Below, one piece after another: positions 1-9,983 of a stretch of 32,000 nucleotides of DNA (the first letter of the stretch is position 1; each line of letters starts with the position of its first letter). Both the position numbers and the translations under genes were made by a program. The stretch lies in assembly GCA_002794465.1 (NCBI GenBank), contig MTSL01000174.1, positions 1 to 32,000 of the forward strand. Reading direction: 5' to 3'. The notes beneath the pieces are model-generated. The model saw only the letters and a program-made list of their open reading frames with translations, did no database searches and was not told where the DNA came from. Origin of the DNA: Paramicrosporidium saccamoebae KSL3 (lineage: Eukaryota > Fungi > Cryptomycota).

Positions 1-258
1 TTTGGAAAGTCGCCCGAGTGGGTCGTCTACCACGAGCTCGTCCTTACCAGTCGCGAGTACATGCGCCAGGTGACGACCATTGAGCCCAAATGGCTGGCCG
101 AGGTAGCGCCCTCTTATTTCCAACTTGGTGATCCTCGAGAGCTGAGTCGCAAGAAAAAGGACGAAAAGATTGTTCCCCTGCACAGCAAACACGAGGCTCC
201 CGATGAATGGCGCCTATCCAAACGAAAGAGCTACTACAAAGGCAGTCGCAACAACTAA
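1..258 (+). CDS. PRP22: 3' end of pre-mRNA splicing DEAH-box helicase Prp22/DHX8 (partial, begins before the window)
   Basis: Frame is open from base 1: [40 protein letters not shown]...[19 protein letters not shown]. The [15 protein letters not shown]-fold tail and the KIxPL...DEWRLS tail are typical of Prp22/DHX8. Confidence 0.9.
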   Translation, partial: FGKSPEWVVYHELVLTSREYMRQVTTIEPKWLAEVAPSYFQLGDPRELSRKKKDEKIVPLHSKHEAPDEWRLSKRKSYYKGSRNN

Positions 259-535
259 TCCACACCAGTTAGGATTGCGCGTTTAGAAGGTTGGAATCCT
301 TCTATTGGAAATCCTGATGCGTGATTATATTATCTCATAGTGAAACCTTTACTAATAGATTATTGTGAAATATTATGGATCAACAACCTCAATCAAGTCT
401 ACTGATGGAACGGAAAGCTCATTGTTAGAGAACGTGATGCGTTTATAATGAGAACAGGCCTTATTAAATATGGGCCATCTTTTGTAGGGCGGGTTCTTCC
501 ATCCGACCATGGTTGCAAATAGGGGCCAAGATCCC

Positions 536-1525
536 TTAAGCGTAGCGGATGGACTTGACACGGGACAATGATTAGTTCATACCGAATCGCCATATGCCAG
601 TTCAAAGTGCTGCAGTGATAATCTGAACATGACCCGGAACACTGCCATCACCTCTAAAACTCGGATTGGGATCAGATCGAGAATTGGGTCGAGCTGTGGC
701 ATGGTACTAGCAAACTCTATTATGACGCGCACATCCTCCTCTCGCACGTCAAGAACTCGGAGCACGCGCTTCCATTCTTCCGGGCGGTCCGAATACCCAC
801 GCTGAAAATCTTGAATCCTGACAGCATTGTACATAACAAGCCCCCATCTGGTGATTCGATCCTCAATAGTGAGATATCCGTCCTGGAACATGTTGATGCG
901 CTGAAAGGCAGCACTAATGCCGTTCGAGAACGAGGCAACGTCAATTCTCCAACGTTGTCCGGGAACGCGCGTTTGGGGTTTAGAGCCGCCTCCCAGCCAG
1001 CCATTGTCCAGGAAATACTTGCGTGGCTCCGGGTAATCTTTATATTTTATGTCTAATCCAATGTTCCAGTAAATGGCGGTTTCTTCAGGAGCAAGGCGGA
1101 TGCCGGTAATACGGCCAAGCTCTTCATCTAACATACTTGGGACCTCGTCTTTTCGAAATGGTTTGTCTGGTAACCTACCGCATCGGTTCTTTTGAAATCC
1201 AAAAGGGTGGACATAGTATAGGATGCTGAACATTCCATCGTTCACCCTATACTGTCTAAAAACCTCATAATTTATACCTTTCCACCGACTCGAATGAATA
1301 CCCACCAAAGTGGTCCACTAGTCTACCCATTCTCCCCAATCGATGGCCGGCGTCTTCTTGGATCGCTCCAAATATCATCTTTTCAAGAAGACACAGGACA
1401 CCCTCCTCTTCTTCAAAGGAATCCGGCTCGAAATCAAAGGCAAGTCTGGCCTCTCTGTATAACTCTTCTTTCACCACTTGATTTGCAGCCCTGTGGTCTA
1501 CGAGAGAGCCAATGTCCTTATTCAT
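536..1525 (-). CDS. Hypothetical protein of about 309 aa; tentative model join(1525..1278,1246..583,553..536)
   Basis: ORFs 1265..1525 and 577..1308 join in frame if a 31-nt GTATAA..TATAG intron (1247..1277) is removed. A 29-nt GTATGA..CAAG intron (554..582) would extend the C-terminus to ...GDSSIRYA*. Both introns fit the size class seen elsewhere in the window. No family recognised; 5' end uncertain. Confidence 0.55.
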
Positions 1526-2221
1526 TATGTACCGCCAGTCTCTTGGCTTGGGGCTGAATGGCGCTTTGATAATTTTCTCAAACTCGGCTACCCATTTTCA
1601 TGATGGACCAATCGATTTGTGGCGTCCCAATACCATTGAACGTTCTACTTCCCTCTATGATGCGGAAACAGACATAAAGGCTGCTTCAATAAATAAGCGG
1701 TGATGGCCTGATATGTAAGTAACCATCTCATTGTAGAACCTGTGTGCTACGTCAAATCAGCTTGTAAAAGTTCAGGGATTGCTAAATTTCCTGTGGTGGA
1801 CTAGCACGCTACGTTTAAGGGGAAACAGACCCTATTTGCAACCATGATCAGACGGAAACATTCGATCCATAGATGGCGGCCCACATTTACCAAAACAAGC
1901 TCTCGCTCAGCGTGTGAGATAAGAGTTTCCTGTAATTAGATTGCTGTAACACCACGGAACACTGGATTGGTGCCGCCACCCAAAAGCGGATAGTTTCTTA
2001 CAGAGTCTTTATTACCTACCTGCATTGCAATACCCATGGATCGGAAGCTCTACTGAATAATAATAGATTTACTTATTTGTCATATCTCGAGAGTAAACGC
2101 GCAGCCAATGACTAACGAGGGATTTATTCGTTACCCCAAGCACAGATCAGTGAATACTTGATAACGCTAATGAATTTATTCGTTACATTGCGCGGGATTC
2201 TAGCACTCGAAACGACTCGAG

Positions 2222-3238
2222 ATGTTGGAAGAAGAAACAAACACAATGGAGCAGGCTGAGGAGATGGAGGTGGAGGGACCGACACTCATCCAGAAGCTGG
2301 AAGAGCACGGCATCTCTGCAGTTGACACCAAGAAGCTCATGGAGGCTGGCTACCACACCGTCGAGTCCATCGCATACACGCCCAAAAAGGCACTCCTCCT
2401 CATTAAGGGTATTTCAGAGGCCAAAGCCGACAAGATCATCTGTGAGGCAGCAAAGTTGGTTCCCATGGGCTTTACCACCGCCGCCGAGTTCCATCAGCGT
2501 CGAGCCGAGGTCGTCTTCATCACCAGCGGGTCGCGTGAACTCGACAAACTATTGGGTGGTGGCTTGGAGACGGGCTCTATTACGGAACTGTTTGGGGAAT
2601 TTCGTACTGGAAAGACGCAGCTCTGTCATACACTCGCCGTAACGTGTCAGTTGCCTATTGAGAATGGCGGTGGTGCTGGAAAGTGTCTTTACATTGACAC
2701 GGAGGGTACCTTCCGGCCTGAACGTCTTGAGCCCATTGCTCGTCGCTTCAACTTGAATCCCGACGAAGTCCTCGACAACATTGCTTATGCACGCGCCTAC
2801 AATTCAGACCATCAGACAGCTCTTCTGGCTCAAGCATCCGCCATGATGGCCGAGTCACGATATGCTTTGCTTATTGTTGACAGTGCCACCGCCCTCTATC
2901 GTACCGACTTTGCCGGTCGTGGGGAGCTCTCCGCCCGACAGATGCATTTGGCCCGTTTCCTTCGAAATCTTCTTCGTCTTGCTGACGAGTTTGGTGTTGC
3001 CGTCGTTTTGTCAAATCAGGTGGTAGCGCAGGTGGACGGCGCCAGTGCCATGTTCAATGCCGATCCCAAAAAACCCATTGGAGGGAACATTATGGCCCAT
3101 TCCTCCACCACCAGACTCTATCTGCGAAAGGGAAGAGGTGAGACTAGAATCTGCAAGATTTACGATTCTCCCTGTCTGCCCGAGGCCGAGGCAATGTTTG
3201 CTATTCTTCCTGATGGCATTGGCGATGGTAACGAATAA
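2222..3238 (+). CDS. RAD51: DNA recombinase Rad51 (intronless, 338 aa)
   Basis: Walker A GEFRTGKT, Walker [20 protein letters not shown] (Rad51 rather than Dmc1), and [13 protein letters not shown]. Confidence 0.98.
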   Translation: MLEEETNTMEQAEEMEVEGPTLIQKLEEHGISAVDTKKLMEAGYHTVESIAYTPKKALLLIKGISEAKADKIICEAAKLVPMGFTTAAEFHQRRAEVVFITSGSRELDKLLGGGLETGSITELFGEFRTGKTQLCHTLAVTCQLPIENGGGAGKCLYIDTEGTFRPERLEPIARRFNLNPDEVLDNIAYARAYNSDHQTALLAQASAMMAESRYALLIVDSATALYRTDFAGRGELSARQMHLARFLRNLLRLADEFGVAVVLSNQVVAQVDGASAMFNADPKKPIGGNIMAHSSTTRLYLRKGRGETRICKIYDSPCLPEAEAMFAILPDGIGDGNE

Positions 3239-3555
3239 GTGCAAATGGCTCAAAGAGTGCATTTCAGAATAGTACTCTTTTAAATAAACATGCACTTGGT
3301 ATATGTGTTGCGTGGTGGGGCGGGGCGGGAGTATTACCACGGTGACAATATAAATGAGCGACAGGGAGTTACTAGTTGGTATGGACTCGCCGACCATAGT
3401 GTCCAAACATTGGGGAGTCTATATTTCCGTCTCTCACCCTTGACTCTTCTTCTTTTTATACCTGGGCCAAATACTCAGCACCCAGCTAGACATTTCGTTA
3501 CCTCACCAGGCGGCTCATGCTCCATTAATTAGATCAAACTCGTCACAATAAAAAG

Positions 3556-3671
3556 TGCCCCTGCGGAGGATCGAACTCCGGACTTCGGCGTATCTTAGCA
3601 AGTAAATGCCACCAATCATAAGCAGGTCTTGCCTATAAGCACCGCACTCTAACCGACTGAGTTACAGGGGC
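3556..3671 (-). tRNA. tRNA-Ile(UAU) with a 42-nt intron at the canonical 37/38 position
   Basis: Minus strand reads GCCCCTG-TA-ACTC AGTCGGTTA GAGT-G-CGGTG CT TAT A [42 nt] A CGCCG ... CGGAG TTCGATC CTCCG CAGGGGC A. Acceptor, D, anticodon and T stems all pair; B-box GTTCGATCC is present; a TTTTT Pol III terminator follows 1 nt downstream. Confidence 0.95.
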
Positions 3672-3706
3672 TTTGTCGTAGGTGGGGAAATTAATTCATT
3701 TATTGT

Positions 3707-6530
3707 TCATTGACCAAAATCAATGGGATATCTTCGTTGCAGCTCTTGTGCACGTCCTTCGTACCAATTATCGGCCTTGAGTGATGAAGATCCTTTTCCG
3801 TACTTTTCAAGAGCCATTGCAGACAATTTGACGCCTAATTGGGATTCGTTTTGACTTAGGAATGGAGCAGAGGCGAGTAGCAAGAAATGCAAGTCCAACA
3901 ATAACTGCTGCAATCCTTGCGATCCAATATGTGTACTTTTCTCAATCATAGCCGTCATCTCGGCAAGTATGCATTCAAGCAGAGAGGGCATTAAGGATGT
4001 TCTTCGGTCGCCCGAATCGCGCGAAATCTTGCCATATAGCGGAAGCAAGGACACTAACCACGGCGACAAATCCGCCTCGTTTTCCATATTGCCCTCAGAT
4101 GCCAAGGACAGCTCTGGGACCATTCGCTTTGCAGTCTGCTCCGCAAACATGCGCTCCATTGCCCCAATTGTCGCATCCAAGCGGGCAAAAAGTCGGGCGG
4201 CATCGGCAAATGGTCGGTTAAAGCGTTCCTCGAGTTGTCGGGTGAGCGAGGGGAGGAATGAAGAGGAGATGAAGGAGAGATTGGCAATGATGTTAAGATT
4301 GGCAGTGGCAGGGATGGTGGAGTAGGTACGCTGGAGGAGTCCAGTGGCGTAGTTTTCAATGAGCGATGTCAGTCGCGTGACAAGGACTTCACTCGTTTCA
4401 TCCAATAACAATGGCTCCACGTCATTGAGGAAATCCACAACAATCCGATAGAATTGGACTGTTGAAATGGTAATCCCTGCTACACCATGGGCATTAAAGT
4501 CGGATTGCTGGCGGGCAGCCTCCACCTTGTCCTCCAAAAAGTCATCCTCGCTCAACGCCTCCTTTACCTTTTCCTCGCATTGGCTCTGATAGCCGAGGAG
4601 ACAGTGGTTAATGTGCGGCATTAGCTGATCGTCCAAATAAAAGTTGAAATCCAAACCAATGGAGCGCAGACTGGAACATTGGCGACGCGCGATGGAGACA
4701 CAATCGCCAATCAGACGGAAATCAATGTCATTTCCCTTGAACACTTGTTTGACAATCATGTTGACATAATGATTAATTTCCAGCTTGACCCAAAACACAA
4801 ACCCTATTCCGTCAGATACCACGGCAAGACTACCGGCAGTCATAGTGTGATCCTTGAACGACGACACGTACCAATCGGCAGAGGCGCTAATGCTGCTAAA
4901 AGTGGCAAATCCAATATCATTCACCGTCTTGGCCACGTCCCCCACATACCGCAAATGTCTACAAAAGATAATGTGCCATTGGTGTCACGATACTTTGTGC
5001 GCTCTTTGATAAAATCACTGCGAGCTGCCAGAAACTTTTCGCGAGCCTCGTCAGGGAATCCAAGCACAACCAATCGTTGGATATGCTTTGACATGGCCTC
5101 TTTTCCGATAATCAGATCAGAAATTTCATGATAGAGATAGTTTGCCAGCTTGGTTACTTGGTTCTGCAATCGCTGATTCAAAATGTGTAGAGATGAGGCT
5201 CGTGGATCCATCTGAGCAATTTCATACTTGATTTTGTCGACAATCTCCACTGCCTTATCGTAGTGGCATTTGTCAGTGTCTTCGTTCAGTTCATCCAACA
5301 GTCCCAGCATACCGCCAAACTTTTCAGGCGAAACATCGGGAAAGGGAGCGTCCATAGACTTTTTAACGACTGAAGATATGTTGGACGGACGACGACGGTG
5401 GGATCCGGCCGTGTCCTTGGGAGACTTGACACGCACGGGGACTGGGCTTGGAGACGAGGGCGCCGGCGGCAAATCAGTCTGGGCTTGCTGGGTTTTTCTT
5501 ATTTGCTGCAGCCAAAGCCGTTTTCCTGCAACATTTTCAGTCATTAAAATGACTTTTTCTCCTCCACGCACCACCTCGATTGCGTTTGAGAGATCTACAC
5601 CAATCATGGACAGGTGAAAGGGTTTACGTTTTGAATCGGGAAGATCAGTAATGGCAACTTCATTAATAAGCCACAATCTTTCAATCGACAATTTTTTTGA
5701 CGATCCCCCGCCAAGAGGTAATCGTGTCTTTTTGGCTGAGGCCATGGCAATTGAGTCATTAAAAAGGTACAGGGTGATGGATTTGGGGCTTGATGATCCT
5801 ACAATTTCGGTAATCCCACTTCCTTCAAAAACTACAAATCTCTCCAGCGTCATGTATTTCTAAGCTCATATTAACAATGGGTGGGGAGAGTACTTCAAAA
5901 TCAGTGATAGTCTCCACTAGGGACAGCATCTTTTGCCGTCTCCCTTCAATATCTGCATCACTAGTTGTTTTGGAAGGTACAACCTGCTGTTGTTGCTGCA
6001 CGGTAATTTCCGCGGGTTCTTCCTCCTCTTCCTGTTCCTGTGTCTCTTCTACAAACATTACCAACCATCCACTCGGCCATACCAAAGGAGACGAAATCAG
6101 CAACACCGGCAGAGCTAACCAAGGCGTTGGCCGCCGACCTCAATGCGCTCTGGATCCCCCTCAGCTCATTTAATCCACCCTCAAACTCCATGATACCCTT
6201 TCCCACCTCCAGAAATTCGCCATGGTTCTTCCACACAGCCCTCTGCAACTCTGACACACTCTTCTCACATGCCGCTGTCAGACTCCGTAGGGCACCCTGT
6301 ACTGCCTCGTCAGTGTCCGCTTCCATCGTGCTCTTTAGATAGACCTCGGGGCGGTAATTCTCGGCGGCGAAGCTGGCCACGTCGAGACGAAGCGAAGCCC
6401 GCCGGTTGGCGAGGGCTTGACGACGGTTTCCATGGTCTGTGCCAGCAGCAAAGGAAACGGGCGGTTTAGCACCCGTGGGAGAGTGGGCAGGACTTTTTCT
6501 AGATGTCTTGAATGATTGTGGACTGTCCAT
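3707..6530 (-). CDS. EXO84: Exocyst subunit Exo84/EXOC8, about 885 aa after removing 5 introns (6049..6082, 5860..5893, 5595..5627, 4959..4993, 4804..4833)
   Basis: Vps51-like N-terminal coiled coil (ELQRAVWKNHGEFLEVGKGI), PH domain (LYLFNDSIAMA) and Exo84_C region (LVVLGFPDEAREKFLAARS; CSSLRSIGLDFNFYL). Four ORFs join in frame through GT-AG introns; the spliced length of 2658 nt is divisible by 3. Confidence 0.88.
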
Positions 6531-6999
6531 CCAATTGAATTTAGTTGGTTAACAGATTTGCTGGCCCAAGAGTCTATGGCATGATTTCATTCTATGCATT
6601 GATGTTACGCGGCAATGTCAAAATGTTTATTTCTCGGGTGAATATCATGGCCGCAGTTATAGTTCAAGGGCCAGTCACTAATCCAAACTCAGTCACTCGC
6701 TCCTCTGCTATAGGAGTCTATCACTACAATTATCGTCTCTAATGTATGAACAGTTTTGTATCCAATATGTTAGAAATTATTCCCAGGTTGTGACAATCTC
6801 ACGAAGAATATTGTCAAGTAATTCGGGCTGCGACTATCACTCAATGGTGGCTGCGGTAACCATCACATCTACCCGCACTCATGATAATAGTAACTGTCTT
6901 GTATTTGCAAAGATTTCCATACCAAATCCAGTATTCTGATACCGTGGATAGCTAGCAATGTGTCATCCAATAAATATTGAAGCCGCGGTTGCAATTATA

Positions 7000-7899
7000 A
7001 TGTCAGCCACTGCAAGCACGCCCACCACGCCCACAACACCCACCACGCCTGCAGCTCTAACAGAAATCGGCTCATTGGAAGCCGCACTTGACCTCCTCCG
7101 TCGTCTTCCCCCACAGAACATTTCCACAAACCTGCTGCGGCTCCTTCGCCTGCTCCCCCACCATACCGCGTCTCTCCTAAACACTGTCGACCTGCCCACC
7201 AAGCCCGCAGTTTGTCCTGTCACGTCGCGCGAATACCTCGTTTGCGACTATAATCGCGACGGCGACAGTTACCGGTCTCCATGGAGCGGCGATTATGACC
7301 CACCGACTGAGGGGCTGAAGCCGTCTGAAGAGCGTCGCAAACTGGAGGTCGTTGCAAATGAGGCTTTTGATACGTACAGGAGCCTTTATTACGAAGGGGG
7401 CGTGTCTAGTGTATATGTGTGGGATGTGCCAGAGGGCGGCTTTATGGCCGCCGTGCTGATTAAAAAGGAGACAGAGGCAGAAGGTCTGCGGGGCGGACAA
7501 TGGGACGCAATCCACGTCATCGAGGTTAGTGTTGCTGACAACAATGCAACTTATAAGCTCACCACCACGGTCATTCTGCATTTGGATTCTGTGGTGCCAA
7601 AATTGGACGAATTCATGCTCGCCGGAAGCATCACTCGCCAAAGTGAGCAGACTATCCCGTTGAGCACTTCTTCCAACTCGGAGCATGTCGCCAACATGGG
7701 ACGACTTGTGGAGGAGATGGAATCGCGGATGCGTAACAATCTTCAGGAGATTTACTTTGGAAAGACGCACGATTTGGTCAATGAAATTAGACCAGTGATG
7801 CCGGCAGGATTCCTGAGACAGCAGGCTGACTTGCAGCGAGAGATGGCTGGCCGTCTCGCCGGGTCTTTGAATCTTCGATCAAGCAGAACTGAGGGCTGA
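7000..7899 (+). CDS. CAP2: F-actin capping protein beta subunit
   Basis: AALDLLRRLPPQ, YLVCDYNRDGDSYRSPWS and YYEGGVSSVYVWD motifs. The ATG at 7000 is preferred over 6958. Confidence 0.96.
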   Translation: MSATASTPTTPTTPTTPAALTEIGSLEAALDLLRRLPPQNISTNLLRLLRLLPHHTASLLNTVDLPTKPAVCPVTSREYLVCDYNRDGDSYRSPWSGDYDPPTEGLKPSEERRKLEVVANEAFDTYRSLYYEGGVSSVYVWDVPEGGFMAAVLIKKETEAEGLRGGQWDAIHVIEVSVADNNATYKLTTTVILHLDSVVPKLDEFMLAGSITRQSEQTIPLSTSSNSEHVANMGRLVEEMESRMRNNLQEIYFGKTHDLVNEIRPVMPAGFLRQQADLQREMAGRLAGSLNLRSSRTEG

Positions 7900-7924
7900 A
7901 GCTGTGCAAGTAACGGACAGGTTA

Positions 7925-8134
7925 TATAAAATACTGTAATATTATGGGACTAACAGAGCTAATATGGCTACTAATTTTGTGGATTGACCCGGATTCACAT
8001 GCTTCCCAAGGGCTTTGATTAAGCAAAACTATAAGGACGAGTTTATAAAATAGTGTAATATTGTGGAACTAACAGAGCCAATGTGGCTATCGATTTTATA
8101 AATTGACGCGGGTTCACATGCGCTCTAGGGGCTT
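7925..8134. repeat. Diverged tandem duplication with a 119-bp period (7925..8015 vs 8044..8134) covering the ArgRS last codons and 3'UTR
   Basis: tataaaatactgtaatattatgggactaacagagctaatatggcta...attgacccggattcacatgcttcccaagggctt aligns with tataaaatagtgtaatattgtggaactaacagagccaatgtggcta...attgacgcgggttcacatgcgctctaggggctt. Confidence 0.9.
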
Positions 8135-9883
8135 CAGACCGAGAAGTACCAGGCCATTTCCAAGAGTATATCGTGCAGACACATACAATGCCATGCGTGC
8201 CTTGGCCAATTCCTCCTTCTGTCCCATGACCCATAATCGATCCAATGCCGTGGACACTACTCTACTCAGACCCATCAGATACGCAACAATATTGCAGGGC
8301 TCCATGCTGAGACGTGCCTCTTGCACAATCTCTGGATATTGGGCGATCATGAGAGCAAGATCGACAGCTTCTTTCTCATTAAGCAACGAATAATCTATGG
8401 GACCGGTAATATCGATGCCGCTCTTGCGCTGGATGGAGCAGAGACGGGCGTGAGCATATTGCAGGTACGGACCTGTGTCGCCCTCAAACTTGGTGACACG
8501 TTCTATTTTGAATTCATAGTCTTTAATTCGACGTGCAGACATGTCTTGGATGACAATAGCAGAGACGGCCAGCGTGTCGGCAACCTCTTCGGGGTTCTCA
8601 ATCTGAGCATACTTTTCAGGATTCTCCTTCATCACAGCGTGCATCACATCGCGAGCATCATCCAAAATGTCTTCCAGGAAGACAACCTGTCCCTTGCGAG
8701 TCTTCATGCCAAGCACCATACCAAAGTTAACATGAAGCACATTATCAGCCCATGGCTTTTCCATCATTTCAAGAATACGGATCAGCTGTTTCATGTGATG
8801 ATCCTGCTGCATCGCAATCACGTAAATGCTCTTGGCCAGGTCGTACGTCTCAAAACGATACTGAGCAGCGGCAATATCACGGGTCAAGTAGAGAGTGGTT
8901 CCGTCCTTCTTTACCACAATTGCCTTTCCCAAACCGTCAGCCTCCAAATCCACAATTTGGGCTCCCTGCGATTCTTGCACAATTTTCTTATCCTTCAGCT
9001 CTTGGATACGGTCCACCATCAGCTTTTCAAAATGTGACTCGCCAGAGTATACGTCAAATGAAACGTTCAGACGAGAGTAAATTTCTTTGTATTTGACAAT
9101 ACTCAGGTCACAGAAACGGCGCCACAGCTTTAGTGTCTCTTCATCGCCACCTTCCATCTTTTTAAAGTATGCACGTGCCTCGTCGTCAATAGCGGGATCT
9201 GTCTCAATTTCCTTATTGATACGTACATAGACGTCGAATAAATGTCGAATGGGCTCCTTTACCAGCTCTTCCTCTGATCCATAACGGAGAAAACCCACTG
9301 CAAGCAACCCATACTGTTTGCCCCAATCTCCGAGATAGTTCATGCTGATCGTCTCAAATCCATTGGCGCGGTAGAGATGCGTCAGGAAATTTCCAATGAC
9401 GGTGCTACGCAAATGACCCGCATGGAAAGGCTTTGCAATGTTTGGAGAACTGTATTCAACCAAAACTTTACGACCAGCTCCAATAGTGTTGCAGCCATAT
9501 TTTTCTTTCTTTGCCAATGCATCACTGATGACCTCTTTTAGGACGTGGGCTGTATCCACGGCAAAATTTAAAAAGGGACCGACAGCGGTTACAGCTTTGA
9601 ATATCTCATCACGAGGAAAACGCTTCGCAAGGTCCTGCGCCAATGCCGCCGGATTTCCAGGCAGTCTCAATTGCGGTAATGGGAGGGAAAACTGTCCATG
9701 CTCCTCTTTCTTGGGTTTCTCAAGCATCAGGAATATTTTATCGGCAGGCTGCTCTAACAACTTTGATAGACGGCCAGCAAGGTCCTGGCGAAGGCTATTC
9801 AGAATGTATGTCGTGGGCCATACTCTATTGTCTACAGTGACCATAGATACCTCGCTGGTAGGTGTGAGAATGTTTGATGTCAT
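8114..9883 (-). CDS. RRS1: Arginyl-tRNA synthetase (yeast RRS1/MSR1, RARS2-like type), 589 aa
   Basis: VEYSSPNIAKPFHAGHLRST (HIGH), NYLGDWGKQYG, GMKTRKG (KMSKS equivalent), FEGDTGPYLQYAHARL and the C-terminal LGLKPLERM. Confidence 0.97.
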   Translation of the reverse strand: MTSNILTPTSEVSMVTVDNRVWPTTYILNSLRQDLAGRLSKLLEQPADKIFLMLEKPKKEEHGQFSLPLPQLRLPGNPAALAQDLAKRFPRDEIFKAVTAVGPFLNFAVDTAHVLKEVISDALAKKEKYGCNTIGAGRKVLVEYSSPNIAKPFHAGHLRSTVIGNFLTHLYRANGFETISMNYLGDWGKQYGLLAVGFLRYGSEEELVKEPIRHLFDVYVRINKEIETDPAIDDEARAYFKKMEGGDEETLKLWRRFCDLSIVKYKEIYSRLNVSFDVYSGESHFEKLMVDRIQELKDKKIVQESQGAQIVDLEADGLGKAIVVKKDGTTLYLTRDIAAAQYRFETYDLAKSIYVIAMQQDHHMKQLIRILEMMEKPWADNVLHVNFGMVLGMKTRKGQVVFLEDILDDARDVMHAVMKENPEKYAQIENPEEVADTLAVSAIVIQDMSARRIKDYEFKIERVTKFEGDTGPYLQYAHARLCSIQRKSGIDITGPIDYSLLNEKEAVDLALMIAQYPEIVQEARLSMEPCNIVAYLMGLSRVVSTALDRLWVMGQKEELAKARMALYVSARYTLGNGLVLLGLKPLERM

Positions 9884-9932
9884 TAGTCGTCTTATTGGTC
9901 GCAGTAATACTGCCAGTCTTATGAAACGCAGA

Positions 9933-9957
9933 GTGAGTCACCCCGGCCATGACTCAT
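9933..9957. promoter_or_regulatory. Two Gcn4/AP-1-type sites (GTGAGTCAC at 9933..9941, ATGACTCAT at 9949..9957) upstream of ArgRS
   Basis: Both match TGA(C/G)TCA, and ATGACTCAT is the optimal Gcn4 site. They lie 50-74 bp upstream of an aminoacyl-tRNA synthetase ATG, a known Gcn4/CpcA target class in fungi. Confidence 0.6.
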
Positions 9958-9983
9958 AATTACGTGGACAAGTGATTTTTATT

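Noticed and set aside
577-579. In-frame TGA followed by an open frame (373..561), considered as readthrough or a recoded stop
   Set aside because: TGA, TAA and TAG all terminate conserved genes in this window. A 29-nt intron across the TGA is the simpler explanation.
3290-3532. 80-aa ORF and GC-box run GGGGCGGGGCGGG (3317..3329) between RAD51 and the tRNA
   Set aside because: No motif or convincing splice model, and the GC box is not upstream of any supported Pol II start.
6545-6939. Two 65-aa plus-strand ORFs coupled by a TAATG stop/start overlap
   Set aside because: Short, no protein-like features, and located in the EXO84/CAP2 divergent promoter. Translational coupling is not expected in this eukaryotic context.
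9794-9822. Intron-like GTATGG...CTGAATAG (29 nt, minus strand) near the ArgRS N-terminus; coordinates approximate
   Set aside because: Splicing shifts the frame into a TAG. The unspliced ILNSLRQDLA aligns with the yeast ArgRS IVDLMRNYIS pattern.
9438-9959. 173-aa plus-strand ORF
   Set aside because: Antisense shadow of ArgRS with no recognisable motif. The same applies to most long antisense ORFs in the track, such as 8321..9037, 7177..7770 and 30262..30903.
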